A stretch of DNA of 64,000 nucleotides from an uncultured Acidobacteriota bacterium (GCA_963804995.1 CAWDSK010000005.1:1120001-1184000), one strand, 5' to 3'. Positions 21,376 through 32,139 are shown, counted from the stretch's first letter. The notes: generated from the letters alone by a model not told the origin. Numbers and translations are program-made.

Positions 21376-22707
21376 TCAGTAGGCCATAAGGTATCGATCA
21401 ATCTCCCATTCGCTGACGCTCCGTTGATACTGTACCCATTCTTCCGTCTTCACCTGAATGTAGTAGGAAGTGAAGTCGTTTCCCAAGGCTTGAGTGAGGA
21501 CGGCATCGTTCTCCAAATGATGAAGCGCTTCACGCAAGCTCATGGGAAGCAACTGGATGCCACGGGACGCGAGCTCTCTTTCGGGGGTTTCATACAGGTT
21601 GCTGGTGTTGGCGGGGCCGGGGTCCATTTTATGCTCGATCCCGTCCAGTCCGGCCGCCAGGAGCGCGGCGATCGCCAGGTAAGGATTGGCGGCGCCATCG
21701 ACAGCGCGGTTTTCAATCCGGCCTGGCCCGGGAAGGCGGATCATCTGGGTGCGATTGGAGGGGCCGTAGGTGATGTAAACCGGAGCCCAAGTCGCCCCCG
21801 AGCGCGGCCTTCCGGGAACCAGGCGCTTATAACTGTTCACCAGCGGCGAGGTTATTGCGCAGAGGCTTTGCGCGTGGTGCAGGACTCCCGCCATGAACGC
21901 GCGGCCGAAGTGGGATAGGCCGAATTCATCGGTTTCATCCAGGAATAAATTTTTGCCGGTTTCCGCGTCCGCCAGGCTGAGATGAAAATGCGCGCCGTTG
22001 CCGGTGAGATGTGAAAACGGCTTGGGCATAAAAGTGGCTAGCAAGCCGTGCTGCTCGGCGATGGTGCGAACCATCCACTTGAAGAACGTATGGCGGTCGG
22101 CGCTGGTCAGCCCGTTCGAGTAAACCCAGTTGATCTCAAATTGGCAGTTGGCGTCTTCATGGTCGTTGGCGTAAGGGTCCCAGCCCATCTCCTGCATGTA
22201 ACGCAGGAGGGTGGTCATGATATCCAGGTTGCGGTAGAGCGCGCGCAGATCATAGCAGGGCTTTCCGGCCGTATCGAGTGGATCCCAGGGATGGTATCGG
22301 CCGTGCTCATTTTTCTTCAGCAGCATGAACTCGGCTTCGATTCCGACGTTGAGAATGTATCCCTTCTCCCGAAGGACTTCGAGGCTGTGAGAAAGAATGG
22401 TGCGCGGGCAGTAGGGCCACGGATGTCCATTCACGTGCAGGTTGCCGGGCACCCAGGCGACGTTTTTCTGCCAGGGCAGGATGGTGAGCGATTTGAAGTC
22501 GGGGATGCTCACCACATCGGGGTCGTGCGGGCCCTGGTTCAGATCGCCGGCGGCAAAGCCCGCAAACCCGGCGCCTTCCCGCGCCATTTCCTCGCGATGA
22601 GTGGCGGGCACGACCTTGGCCTTGGGAGCTCCCGCCAATTCGACGAAGGAACACAGAAAGAACTCGATGTCTTTTTCGGATACCGGTGGCACTGGGTGAT
22701 TGTTCAT
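21376..22707 (-). CDS. gmaS: Gamma-glutamylmethylamide synthetase (type III glutamine synthetase, GlnT-like)
   Basis: AKVVP...GAGFAGFA, NDHEDANCQFEINW, ATFMPKPF, SGATWAP, IENRAVDGAANPYL; co-operonic with mgs/sox genes. Confidence 0.88.
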   Translation of the reverse strand: MNNHPVPPVSEKDIEFFLCSFVELAGAPKAKVVPATHREEMAREGAGFAGFAAGDLNQGPHDPDVVSIPDFKSLTILPWQKNVAWVPGNLHVNGHPWPYCPRTILSHSLEVLREKGYILNVGIEAEFMLLKKNEHGRYHPWDPLDTAGKPCYDLRALYRNLDIMTTLLRYMQEMGWDPYANDHEDANCQFEINWVYSNGLTSADRHTFFKWMVRTIAEQHGLLATFMPKPFSHLTGNGAHFHLSLADAETGKNLFLDETDEFGLSHFGRAFMAGVLHHAQSLCAITSPLVNSYKRLVPGRPRSGATWAPVYITYGPSNRTQMIRLPGPGRIENRAVDGAANPYLAIAALLAAGLDGIEHKMDPGPANTSNLYETPERELASRGIQLLPMSLREALHHLENDAVLTQALGNDFTSYYIQVKTEEWVQYQRSVSEWEIDRYLMAY

Positions 22708-22724
22708 GCGCTCCTCCTCTTGGT

Positions 22725-23940
22725 TTATGAAGAAACCGCGGCGGCGGCCTTTTCTCCCACCAGTTGCCCGGCCTCAAATCGAGCTGGGGAGAACGGCTCG
22801 ATGAGTTTGGGTGTTTTGCCGGTGGCGATCAATTCCGCCGTACATTTTCCGGCGATGGGAGCGGCCTTAAACCCGTAGGTCCCCCATCCCACATCCATGT
22901 AAAAGTTTTTCACTTCCTGGGCCCTACCAATAATGGGAGCGTAGTCCGGCGTCATGTCGCACACCCCCGCCCATTGGCGCAGCACACGCAGGCCATGCAG
23001 TTGCGGGAACAGTTCCAGCGTGTAGGTGGCCATCTGCTCGAGTCGTCGGAAGCGTTCCCTTCAGGCTGTAGGACTGGTAGGGACCGATCTCCGCGCCAAT
23101 CACCAGTTCTCCCTTGTCGGTCTGGTTCACGTAAACGTGCAGCGTGGCGGAAACGATCACCTTGTTGAGAAAAGGCTTCAAGGGTTCGGTGACGCAGGCT
23201 TGCAGCGGGTGACTGACCACCTGCAAAGGTACTCCAGCCATCTTCGAAATCGTGGAAGCCCAACCGGCCGTGGCATTCAGCACGGCGCCCGCCGCAACTT
23301 CACCACGATCCGTGAGCACAGCCTGAACCTTGCCATTCTCAACGCGCATTCCCGTGACCGTCGTGTACGGGTGAATTTCAATCCCCATCCGGTCGCAGGC
23401 CCGCGCCAGGCCCCACACCACAGCGTCGTGGCGGATAATGCCGCCGGGCGGATGATACAACGCCGCCAACACGGGGTAGCGGGGCCGCCGACTGAGGTCC
23501 ATGGAGGGCACCAGGCGGCGAATGTCTTCGGGATAAACCATCCGGCTGTCGATTCCGAGCGCCTGGTTGTTTTCGGCCCGGATGCGCAAGCCCGTCACCG
23601 CTGAGTCCGTATGCCCGAGGGTCAGGTGACCGCACTGGCTGAACAGCAGATTCCATTCCAGCTCTTGCGAAAGATTTTCATAGAGCTTCACGGAGGCGTC
23701 GTAGAAACGAATGCCTTCCGGCGTGCGGTAATTGGAGCGGATGATGGCGGTGTTGCGGCCGCTGCTGCCGCTTCCCAGGTAGCCTTTGTCGAGCAGCGCG
23801 ACGTTGCGAAAACCGTGCTGCGAACCGAGGTAGTAAGCCGTAGCGAGCCCGTGCACACCTGCGCCCACAATTACCAGGTCGTAGCGCGGTTTCAGCTCCG
23901 GCCGCTGCCACATTCGCTCTTTTTTGAACAGTCGAAACAT
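22725..23940 (-). CDS. soxB: N-methylglutamate dehydrogenase / sarcosine oxidase beta subunit (MgdA-like); +1 frameshift at ~23042
   Basis: GAGVHGLATAYYL, GRNTAIIRSNY, RHDAVVWG; the C-terminus RQWAGVCDMTPD...GWGTYGFKA lies in the adjacent frame. Confidence 0.88.
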
Positions 23941-24047
23941 GATCGGTCTCGCGAGCACTACTGCTTTCCGCGTTCTGCTTTTCCCGACTGGGTCGGGACT
24001 CGCAAAACGCGCTCGCTGCCTACTGCTTTCTGCCTTCTGCTTACTGC

Positions 24048-24656
24048 TTACTGCTTACTGCCTTCTACCAATCGTTGCGTTTCGACCCCAAACGGCGTGA
24101 TCTGGAACTCATGCCCGGCGTGCAGCACCGACTCCCACACACTTTCACCATATTCCCGGCTCACCAGGAGGTGATACGCCGGAATACCTGCCAGATCCTG
24201 GCGCAAAACCATGGCGTGAACGTGCGCCACGGTCGTCTGCGCGCAAGTCAGGTTGCCCCGCGCGGTTTCAGAAAGATCGAGCGAGGTCAGCTTATTCAAG
24301 ACATCTCGACTGCGAGGCCCTGCCAGCATCAACTGCGCGTAGACCGAGGTCACGTCGGTAACATAGAGGGGCGCCGGTGACGAAGCATCCGTCCCGACAT
24401 TCTGAAATTGTCGCAGCCGCTCCCGCAACGCATCCTGCACCGGCGGTTCGCACGTGGCCAAGTACTGCAGCCGTCCCAGGGGCCACAAGAATGCCGTAGG
24501 CCCGAGCTCGGGAGGGTGCTTCAGGCCGTGACCCTGTAAGTTGAATTTCGACATCCAACTCACATCGGCCAAACCTACGGATTCACGCAACCGCGCAGCC
24601 TCCTCGGCCGGAGCCCCGAAGGAGGCGGGAACTTGCCAGCCATGATGTGCGATCAT
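24048..24656 (-). CDS. soxG: Sarcosine oxidase gamma-like / GcvT-fold subunit (MgdD-like)
   Basis: VGLADVS, TDVTSVYAQLMLAGPRSRDVLNKL, LLVSREYGESVW. Confidence 0.75.
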   Translation of the reverse strand: MIAHHGWQVPASFGAPAEEAARLRESVGLADVSWMSKFNLQGHGLKHPPELGPTAFLWPLGRLQYLATCEPPVQDALRERLRQFQNVGTDASSPAPLYVTDVTSVYAQLMLAGPRSRDVLNKLTSLDLSETARGNLTCAQTTVAHVHAMVLRQDLAGIPAYHLLVSREYGESVWESVLHAGHEFQITPFGVETQRLVEGSKQ

Positions 24657-24709
24657 CGTGGCCCCGCGTTCGCGATGCGTGTGGAATAGCGCCGTTTGCT
24701 TAATGAGAT

Positions 24710-24819
24710 GCCTTTTGGATTGCGGTAGCAGCAGCTACCGCCTTTTCTTCCCCTATCCACCTTAGCCGCATGAACCGAACGATGAAGGCGGTAGCTGCTG
24801 CTACCGCAATCCAAAAGGC
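24710..24819. repeat. REP-like inverted doublet
   Basis: gccttttggattgcggtagcagcagctaccgcctt ... aaggcggtagctgctgctaccgcaatccaaaaggc. Confidence 0.85.
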
Positions 24820-24827
24820 GGCCAATT

Positions 24828-27486
24828 TCACATCCGCAACCGCGCCCCTTCCGGATCATAGAACGCCTGCTCAGTGATCCTGGCGCGCGCCAACCCTCCG
24901 CCTACTCGCACATCCACTTCAGATCCCTCGCCGGCCATTTCCGCTGGTACCCAGGCCAGGCCGATCGCCTTCCGGGTGTGGGGTGAGAACCGAACGCTGG
25001 TAACTCTTCCGGCCAGTTGGCCATTAACCAGGATGGCCGCACCGTCTTCCGGCAGGACGTCTTCTTTCATGACAAAGCCCGCCAGTTTCTGCTGGGGCGG
25101 CTGACCGGCCAGACGAGTGAGCGCCGTACGCCCAATGAAGTCTTCTTTATCCAGCTTGGGCGCCCACGCCATGCCCGCCTCGTAAGGATTGGTTAAGGCA
25201 TCGCTATCGACGCCCACGATGACATGCCGTTTCTCCAGGCGGAGTAGTCGTTGGGCTTCAATCCCAAAAGGCCTGATTTCGAACTTGCGCCCCGCTTCGA
25301 GCAAAGCTTTCCACAAGTCCGGTCCAGACTCAGCGGGGAAATGAATCTCCCAGCCGGTTTCCCCCACAAAGCCGATGCGCATCAAAATGGCCTCGACCCC
25401 TGCCACTCGCGTGCTGCGGCACGCCATGTAGGGGAAAGCCTGGGTGCTCAGGTCGCAATCCGTCAAGGGGGCGAGCACCTTACGCGCCTTCGGCCCCGCC
25501 AGGTTCACGGCCGCCAGGCCCGCGGTGAGATTCGTGATGTAAACATCCCAGCCGGTTCCCACCAGCCACCACTTCATCCACTGATTCACGAAGTCCAAAT
25601 TTCCCGTGGTCGTGGTTACGAAGAAGTGATCGTCAGCCAGGCGCGAAACCGTGCCATCATCCAGCATGATTCCGGCTTCATCGCAGAGGATGCCGTAGCG
25701 TACCCGGCCCGGACGGAGGTCCGACAACCGCCCCGCGTAAATCTTGTTCGAGCAACTTCCCGACGTCCTTGCCCTGGAGTTCAAGTTTGCCCAGCGTGCT
25801 CACGTCGATCAGTCCCACGCGTTCCCGAACCGCCCGGTACTCCTGTTCGACGCACTGTTTCTCACTTGCGCCCTTGGGTGCCTCGTAATAACGGGGCCGC
25901 TTCCACTCTCCCATGTCGAGCCACACCGCGCCTGACTCATCATGCTCATAGTGCATGGGAGTGCGGCGCGTGGGATGATGCCGCGCCCCCCCGAGCGCCC
26001 CCAGCGTGACGCCGGGGTTGGGAGGCCGCGCGGTGGTGACGCCGGTTCCGGCCATGCTCCGACCGGTTTGGCGCGCGCACACACTGATGGCAGGCAACTG
26101 GCACATCCGGCCCTGACAGGGGCCCATCGTGGTGGTGGTGTACCGCTTCAGCGTCTCGATATGATCGAAGCCCTCCTCGATGGCATCGGTAAGGTCCTGT
26201 GAGCTGACATCGGAGCACAGGCAAACGAAGGCGCGCTTGTCCCTGGGATCGTGCTCCGGAGGTATCGGTAACGGGGCGAGGAGTGATTCACCCATCACCT
26301 CGCCCACCGCACCGATGTTCGCGGGAAGATCCGTGGGAATGAAGGCGCCCTTAGTGTCATCCCACAGCAAGCGCGCTCCGGCTTGATTCAGCAGGCCGGC
26401 GTCAGGAATCCGGTGGCCGCAGACCACCACCAGGTCACATCTATACCGGGCATCGCGGGTTTCGATGCCGGTGACGCGGTTATGGCCAAGGGCTTTCACC
26501 ACAGATTCCGGCGGGACGGTGGCGGCAACTTGAACCCCAACCTCGCGCAGGTCCGCCACCACGGCCGCTTCCAGGGGACTTCGGGCGATGACCACGGCCA
26601 CTTTGCCGGGCGTGATTCCGTGCAGCCGGATCAGCCGCTGGACAGCGGTTGAGAGCATGATGCCCACCAGATCATTGTTGGGGAAAAGCAGGGGAGACTC
26701 GTAGGCGCCCGTGGCCACCACCACGTGTTTGGCCCGCAGGTGAATCAAGCGCTCCGGGTCCTCGGGATCCTTACGAGGCTCAACAATGCCCAGCAGGTTG
26801 CCTTCGTACAGGCCAAAGCAGTAGCACCCTTTGAGGATCTGGATGTTGGGGTGGTTTTGAACTTGAGCAATCATCCCGGCCAGTGAATCGTCCGCTTTTT
26901 TTGCGAAGCGCAGGTGGCCGCCCAGTTCCGGCTGGTCATCAATCAGCGTAACCCGCATGCTCCGCGCGGCCAGCTCGAGGGCGGATTTAAGGCCCGCCGG
27001 GCCGCCTCCGATTATCGCCACTTCCGCATGACGATGGCCATGTTCGTAATTTCCATTGATGCTATCGTTTGAAGGCACGTCACCCAGGCCTGCAACCTTG
27101 CGAACGAAAGGCTCGGCGGCGTGCCACAGGCGGGGATTCGTCATCGTCTTGTAGTACCACCCCACCGGCATCAGCCAGTCGAAGCGTTGCACGATCACCA
27201 GCCAATCATGGTCGAGCGAGGGATACGCGTTCTGGTGCGTTACGCGCATTCCGGCACGGACGGGAGTCATGCAGGTGCGGACGTTGGGGGTTCCGTCCAC
27301 ATTCATCAGGCAATTGGGACACTTGCCTGAAAGACACAGCAAGCCGCGGGGACGGTGGTACTTGAAGCTCCGGGTGAAGATGCGCTGGCCGGAACGATAC
27401 AGCGCGGAAGCAACCGTGTCGCCGGGGCGCGCCGTGACCGGCTTGCCGTTAAATTCAAATGTCAGTTCGCCCGAGGGTTCACTCAC
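24828..27486 (-). CDS. soxA: N-methylglutamate dehydrogenase / sarcosine oxidase alpha subunit (MgdC-like); +1 frameshift at ~25747
   Basis: RSFKYHRPRG, 2Fe-2S Cys motif, GGGPAGL, KRYTTTTMGPCQG, IDVSTLGK; continues into GcvT-like C-terminus ...FYDPEGARLRM. Confidence 0.88.
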
Positions 27487-27743
27487 GTTGTTTCTTCAGG
27501 AAAAAAGGATTCATGGACTTCGTTGGTCACGGTGTTTCTTCGTGCTTGAAACCACTGGCGGCAACCGGAGCGGTGGAACCACCACTCTGTTTGCTCGCCC
27601 GCCTCGTTAACTTTTGTATAGGTATAGTTCACCCAGTCTGCTTGCGGAGCGCCGGGGACGGGGCGTTGCTTGACCTCGCCGCCAAATCGGAATTCATAGA
27701 CGCTGCGATTGCCGCAATGAGGACAGTGCACTAGAAACGACAC
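27483..27743 (-). CDS. soxD: Sarcosine oxidase delta subunit (MgdB-like)
   Basis: CPHCGNRSVYEFRFGGE...EWWFHRSGCRQWF...RNTVT zinc motif. Confidence 0.92.
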   Translation of the reverse strand: MSFLVHCPHCGNRSVYEFRFGGEVKQRPVPGAPQADWVNYTYTKVNEAGEQTEWWFHRSGCRQWFQARRNTVTNEVHESFFPEETT

Positions 27744-27776
27744 AAGCTTGCTCCTTCCGGTGTGCCACGGGCGTCC

Positions 27777-27905
27777 GAAGGTGTGGAAAAATCGTCTAAA
27801 ACCTTCTTACCGCAGAGACGCTGAGGCGCAGAGGAATGAAAATAAAGGTCTTTTTCTCTGCGCCTCAGCGTCTCTGCGGTAAAAATACTATTTCTTCACA
27901 CCTTC
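27777..27905. mobile_element. MITE with IS1182-like ends carrying an internal palindromic repeat
   Basis: GAAGGTGTGGAAAAAT ... ATTTCTTCACACCTTC; internal accgcagagacgctgaggcgcagag inverted pair; sister copy at 50628-50755. Confidence 0.7.
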
Positions 27906-27916
27906 CGAGCTAAACA

Positions 27917-28100
27917 CGCTGCGGAAAAGCCCATCACACTGTCATCCTGAGCCCTTCGCTGTCATCCTGAGCGCAGCGAAGGACCTCGGTATTTCGCTCA
28001 GGGTAAACTGCATGAAGGACCCCGGTATTTGAATTTTCAAGCAAATACAGAGGTCCTTCGCTGCGCTCAGGATGACAGCATTTGAGCTTTTTCCACAGTC
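27917..28100. repeat. IR-bounded element containing a TGTCATCCTGAGCGCAGCGAAGGACCTC REP doublet
   Basis: Inverted pair at ~27958-27987 / 28049-28079 inside imperfect ends gctgcggaaaag / ctttttccacagt. Confidence 0.65.
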
Positions 28101-28118
28101 CATAAACCCTGGCGCTAC

Positions 28119-29450
28119 TTAAATCCGCGCAACTCTCCGCGTTCCTGCCAAAGGTATCCCGCAAATGGCCGAGGCTTCCAGCGTAAGCGCCGCCATGTCC
28201 TCCGGCTCCAGGTGGTGCACATCTGACTTCCCGCAGGCCCGCGCCAACATTTGAATCTCCGCCGTCATGACGCGCAGAAGATTGGCAACGCGTTCCGCGG
28301 CCTGATCAATATCCAGGCGTTCCATCAATTTGGGGTCCTGTGTGGTGACGCCCACCGGGCAGCGTCCGGTATGGCAGTGGTGGCAATACCCGGGTTCAGT
28401 GCCAAGCTGGTGATAATCGTCCACATGCAGTGCCTTGTTGCAATTCAAGGCGATCAGCGCGGCGGTGCCGATGTAGACTGCGTCCGCTCCCAGCGCGATG
28501 GCCTTGGCGGCGTCTGCCCCATCCCGAATCCCGCCCGCGATGATGAGTTGAACTTCCCCGTATTGCCCGCAATCTTCGAGCGCCGCGCGAGCTTCCGAAA
28601 CCGCCGCCAAGGTTGGCAGGCCGCAGTGTTCCTGAAAAATCGCCGGCGAGGCGCCCGTTCCGCCTTCCATGCCATCCACCACAATGACATCGGCGCCGGC
28701 TTTGGCCGCGAGCTTTACGTCATCGAAGACCCGGCTGGCGCCCATCTTTACAAAGATGGGGACTTCCCAGTCCGTCGCCTCGCGCAGTTCTTCGATTTTA
28801 ACAATCATGTCGTCCGGGCCCAGGAAATCCGGGTGCCGCGCCGGGCTACGCTGATCCACTCCGACCGGAAGATCGCGCTGGCGGGCGATGGTCTCCGACA
28901 CTTTTGAACCTAGCAGCAGGCCGCCCGTGCCAGGTTTCGCGCCCTGCCCGACTGTGAGTTCAATGGCGTCAGCCCTCCGCATATCGTGGATATTGATTCC
29001 ATACCGCGAGGGCAGCACTTCGTAAATCAGCGTCTTGCTGTTTTCGCGTTCCGCCCCTAACATGCCGCCGTCACCGGTGGTGTTGGAGGAGCCCACCATG
29101 GCCGCGCCACGCGCCAGTGCGACCTTGGCGTTGTAGGAAAGCGCTCCCCAGCTCATCCCCGTAATCATCACCGGAATATCCAGCACGATGGGTTTGCGCG
29201 CATGGCGCTTTCCCAGCACCGTTTTGGTTGAGCACTTTTCCCGATAGCCTTCCAGCGGAATACGAGTTAATGAGCAGGGAAGGAAAGTGAGATCGTCAAA
29301 GGTCGCCCAGGTGCGCGGACGCAACGTGCCATACCCGCGCATGCGATACAGGCCGGATTCCGCTTTGGCCTGGATATCCTCGATGACCTCAGGCCGGAAG
29401 GTCCCGCTGGGCTGCAGCGGCCGGTTCGGAACATGGGGATCGTCAGGCAT
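28119..29450 (-). CDS. mgsC: N-methylglutamate synthase subunit C (FMN-binding glutamate synthase family)
   Basis: IPLEGYREKC, GMSWGALS, GQGAKPGTGG, DQRSPARHPD, CHHCHTGRCPVGVTTQDP. Confidence 0.9.
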   Translation of the reverse strand: MPDDPHVPNRPLQPSGTFRPEVIEDIQAKAESGLYRMRGYGTLRPRTWATFDDLTFLPCSLTRIPLEGYREKCSTKTVLGKRHARKPIVLDIPVMITGMSWGALSYNAKVALARGAAMVGSSNTTGDGGMLGAERENSKTLIYEVLPSRYGINIHDMRRADAIELTVGQGAKPGTGGLLLGSKVSETIARQRDLPVGVDQRSPARHPDFLGPDDMIVKIEELREATDWEVPIFVKMGASRVFDDVKLAAKAGADVIVVDGMEGGTGASPAIFQEHCGLPTLAAVSEARAALEDCGQYGEVQLIIAGGIRDGADAAKAIALGADAVYIGTAALIALNCNKALHVDDYHQLGTEPGYCHHCHTGRCPVGVTTQDPKLMERLDIDQAAERVANLLRVMTAEIQMLARACGKSDVHHLEPEDMAALTLEASAICGIPLAGTRRVARI

Positions 29451-29453
29451 CAA

Positions 29454-30164
29454 TCAGAGGGCCTCCTGCCAGGTCTTCCAATCCCGTTTATCAAAATTCC
29501 ACAGCTTTCTTCCCGCCACGACCTTCTTGAATTCCCGGCCGGCGGGAAGTTTCTTACGCGCCGCTGGGTCGAGGTGCTCCGCCAGCAGCGAGTCGAGGGT
29601 TTGGGCATCGTTGGTAGTGGTGGCCTCGATCACCGCGTCATTACCCAGTCCGGCAATCTTTCCACCCACATAACAAACTGTCTCATACATGGAATCGGCA
29701 AAGGCTTCCCCTGTATCGCCACAAACGACCAGGGTTCCCTTCTGCGCCATAAAGCCGGCCATATATCCGCAGCTCCCGGCCACCAGCACCGTGCCGCCTT
29801 TCATTGAGATGCCCAGGCGCGCGGCGGCATCCCCGTGGATGACTACAGTTTCCCCGCGAATGGCCGCAGCCGCGCCATTTCCCGCGCTTCCGCGCACTAC
29901 CACATGGCCATTCATCATGGATTCGGCCAGCCCCCAACCAGCGCTGCCGGCAACTTCGAATTTCGCGCCGTCGACGAGGCCGGCGCAGTAATAGCCGACG
30001 CTGCCGTCGAGTCGCACGGTGACTGGTTCGAGGATGGCAACTCCCAGATTGTGCCGGGCGCCGGGGTTGCGCACCACAATATGCTTCGCGCCCTGTCGAA
30101 TCTGTTGCTTGATTTCGACGTTGATCTCACGGGTGGTCCGGCCCTCGCAGTTTACCTCTCCCAT
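29454..30164 (-). CDS. mgsB: N-methylglutamate synthase subunit B (GXGXG beta-helix)
   Basis: NPGARHNLGV, GSVGYYCAG, RLGISMKGG, GYMAGFMAQKG, RKLWNF. Confidence 0.9.
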   Translation of the reverse strand: MGEVNCEGRTTREINVEIKQQIRQGAKHIVVRNPGARHNLGVAILEPVTVRLDGSVGYYCAGLVDGAKFEVAGSAGWGLAESMMNGHVVVRGSAGNGAAAAIRGETVVIHGDAAARLGISMKGGTVLVAGSCGYMAGFMAQKGTLVVCGDTGEAFADSMYETVCYVGGKIAGLGNDAVIEATTTNDAQTLDSLLAEHLDPAARKKLPAGREFKKVVAGRKLWNFDKRDWKTWQEAL

Positions 30165-31066
30165 ACGCGTACCTCTCCCGCTTGCGCTTCCCGAACGTCG
30201 TAGGCGCCGGGCAAGGCGGAGCGAATGGCGACCTCCTCATTGGCGAGCGCAACAAAGTTCTCCGTCTCCGCCCAGAGCAGCGGTTTTAGAGCAAAGGGAT
30301 CTTTGACGAAACCGAATTGGTTGGCAGTTGCCACCAGGCTACTGAAAGAACCATCGAGGTGTTGCAGCATGGCGCGCAGGGCTGCTTCGAGCGTCAAGCC
30401 TTTGCAGATCTGGTCAGCAAGGTAAATCGCCACCACCTCCGAATCATTTTCCGTGTAGAAACGGACCTTGCGTTGTTCGTAAACCCGGCGGAGTTGGTGA
30501 TAGTTCGTAATATGCCCATTGTGAACAATGGCCAGGTCGGGGAGTTGATGGCTGCCAAAGGGCTGGGAGTGGCTCAGGTCAACTTTGGACTCGGTGGAAA
30601 GCCGTGTGTGGCCAATACCGTGAGTGCCCGTGAGTCCCAAAACACCAAAGGTATGATCCAGGTTGGCAGGGGAGCCCACTTGCTTGATGATTTCGAGTCT
30701 CGACCCCATGCTGACGACTTCGATTTCTTTGTCGAGCGCCTCGATGCGGGCGGCCAGGGCGGGGAGGTCCTCAACTCCCTTAACGACCAGGCGCGCGGAA
30801 TTCCCCTGATTCGAAAACTCGTAATGCCCGCCGAATTTCGAATCGAGAAATCTGGCCAGAGTCTGGGCGAGGGCGGAATGATCCTCCCGGTCACCCAGCT
30901 TGAGCCGCAGCACGCTCTGCTGGTCGGCGCCGGAACCAAACAACGCGACCCCGGCGGAGTCCGGCCCCCGGCAGGCCAGCCCCTCTAACATCGTAATGAG
31001 AATCCGCCCGAGGTTCGAGTTCCGGTTGTCCCGGGTTTTATCGAAGAATCCGGCTATTCCGCACAT
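30152..31066 (-). CDS. mgsA: N-methylglutamate synthase subunit A (class II glutamine amidotransferase)
   Basis: MCGIAG N-terminal Cys, RGPDSAG, GHTRLSTES, HNGHITNY, TENDSE. Confidence 0.9.
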   Translation of the reverse strand: MCGIAGFFDKTRDNRNSNLGRILITMLEGLACRGPDSAGVALFGSGADQQSVLRLKLGDREDHSALAQTLARFLDSKFGGHYEFSNQGNSARLVVKGVEDLPALAARIEALDKEIEVVSMGSRLEIIKQVGSPANLDHTFGVLGLTGTHGIGHTRLSTESKVDLSHSQPFGSHQLPDLAIVHNGHITNYHQLRRVYEQRKVRFYTENDSEVVAIYLADQICKGLTLEAALRAMLQHLDGSFSSLVATANQFGFVKDPFALKPLLWAETENFVALANEEVAIRSALPGAYDVREAQAGEVRVWER

Positions 31067-31085
31067 GTAAATTCCCTGAGGATTC

Positions 31086-31118
31086 CAGTATACTAGCAGT
31101 ATACGCGATGGGTTTCAA
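31086..31118 (-). promoter_or_regulatory. Putative sigma70 promoter of the mgs operon with two overlapping GTATAC (GntR/FadR-type) operator-like sites
   Basis: Minus strand TTGAAA-17 nt-TAGTAT (31118-31090); GTATAC twice; conserved in the duplicate at 40840-40870. Confidence 0.55.
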
Positions 31119-31785
31119 GGTTTTTTGGAGGGATTGTTGCTTCGCTTGAAAAAGACAGGCATTAATTCACCGCAGAGGCGCGGAGACGCGGAGGCACAGA
31201 GCGGCGAGGCCGCAAACAAAAGAGAATCATAGCCCTCTCCGCAGGGGAGAGGGTGGACCGCGGCAGGCGTTCTCACCAGCCGTCGCGGGCCGGATGAGGG
31301 GTCACGTCCCGAGCGGCCCCGCCGCCAACAAAGAATATTCCTTCATCCTCCTCCACACTTCTGCCGATAAACGAAGCGGGGGAGTGTCGGGGGCACTGCG
31401 AGGGGGCCAAGAACGGGAAACGGGACCCGGGGCTCGGTCTGTCGACTCGTCACTCGCCACTGCACTTCCCGAGCCCTGGATTTGCTCCCGTATCCCGTAT
31501 CCCGAGTCCCGTACCCCGGTTCTCCCGCCACTCGCCACTCGTCACTTGTCACTGCCTTTAGCCTTGTGGCAGATGAAGCGGTTCTCGCCGAGCAGGGCCT
31601 GGAGGGCTGGGCGGCGAACCTCGATGCAGAGGATCGCTAATCAGCTACGTGCAATTCCGCAGTCGGCTCTCCAGAAAAAAATCCGGGACTTAACCGAAGA
31701 GGAAACGTCGAACTGGCCACCGACGAGGCTCTCGGTAGGGTCGAGCCGCCGCCCAAGTAGCAGCACCTAAACCCCGGGGAGGAGA

Positions 31786-31802
31786 AAGGGTACCTGACAC
31801 CC
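31786..31802. repeat. GGTACCTGACACC-family REP-like palindrome (first of about 7 sites between 31.8 and 40.7 kb)
   Basis: Copies or variants at 31788, 32131/33909, 34196-34225/35995, 36164-36220, 36804, 38117-38140, 38699/40549-40669. Confidence 0.75.
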
Positions 31803-31827
31803 AGAGTGTGGTGTGAGTGAGAGTGAG

Positions 31828-31968
31828 TGGGTAGCCACGGACAGTGCTTTCCTGTCCGTGGGTTCTTCTTTGCAAATAAGGTGATTTCCGGCGAGGGCAG
31901 GCGCTGCGAATTGGGAACGTTGGCGTGAGAAAAGCCCACGGACAGAAATGCACTGTCCGTGGCTACCC
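31828..31968. repeat. GTAG-type REP inverted doublet
   Basis: gggtagccacggacagtgc..tt.ctgtccgtggg and its reverse complement ending ...ctgtccgtggctaccc. Confidence 0.75.
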
Positions 31969-32139
31969 GCTCGAAATCGAGTACGGGGTCCATGCAGCCA
32001 TACCCGTTGTAGTTTGCAAAGTACGGGACATAGCCCTTGAGCAGGCGTGCACCGTTTTGGGCGTCAAAGTCTGGACACCGCAAGACAACTACGTAGTTCC
32101 GGTGGCTTCCTCTTCGAAAGGAAAAGAAGACGGTACCTG

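Noticed and set aside
23030..25760. Programmed ribosomal frameshifting in soxA/soxB
   Set aside because: No slippery heptamers; single extra bases at TCGA fit sequencing error better.
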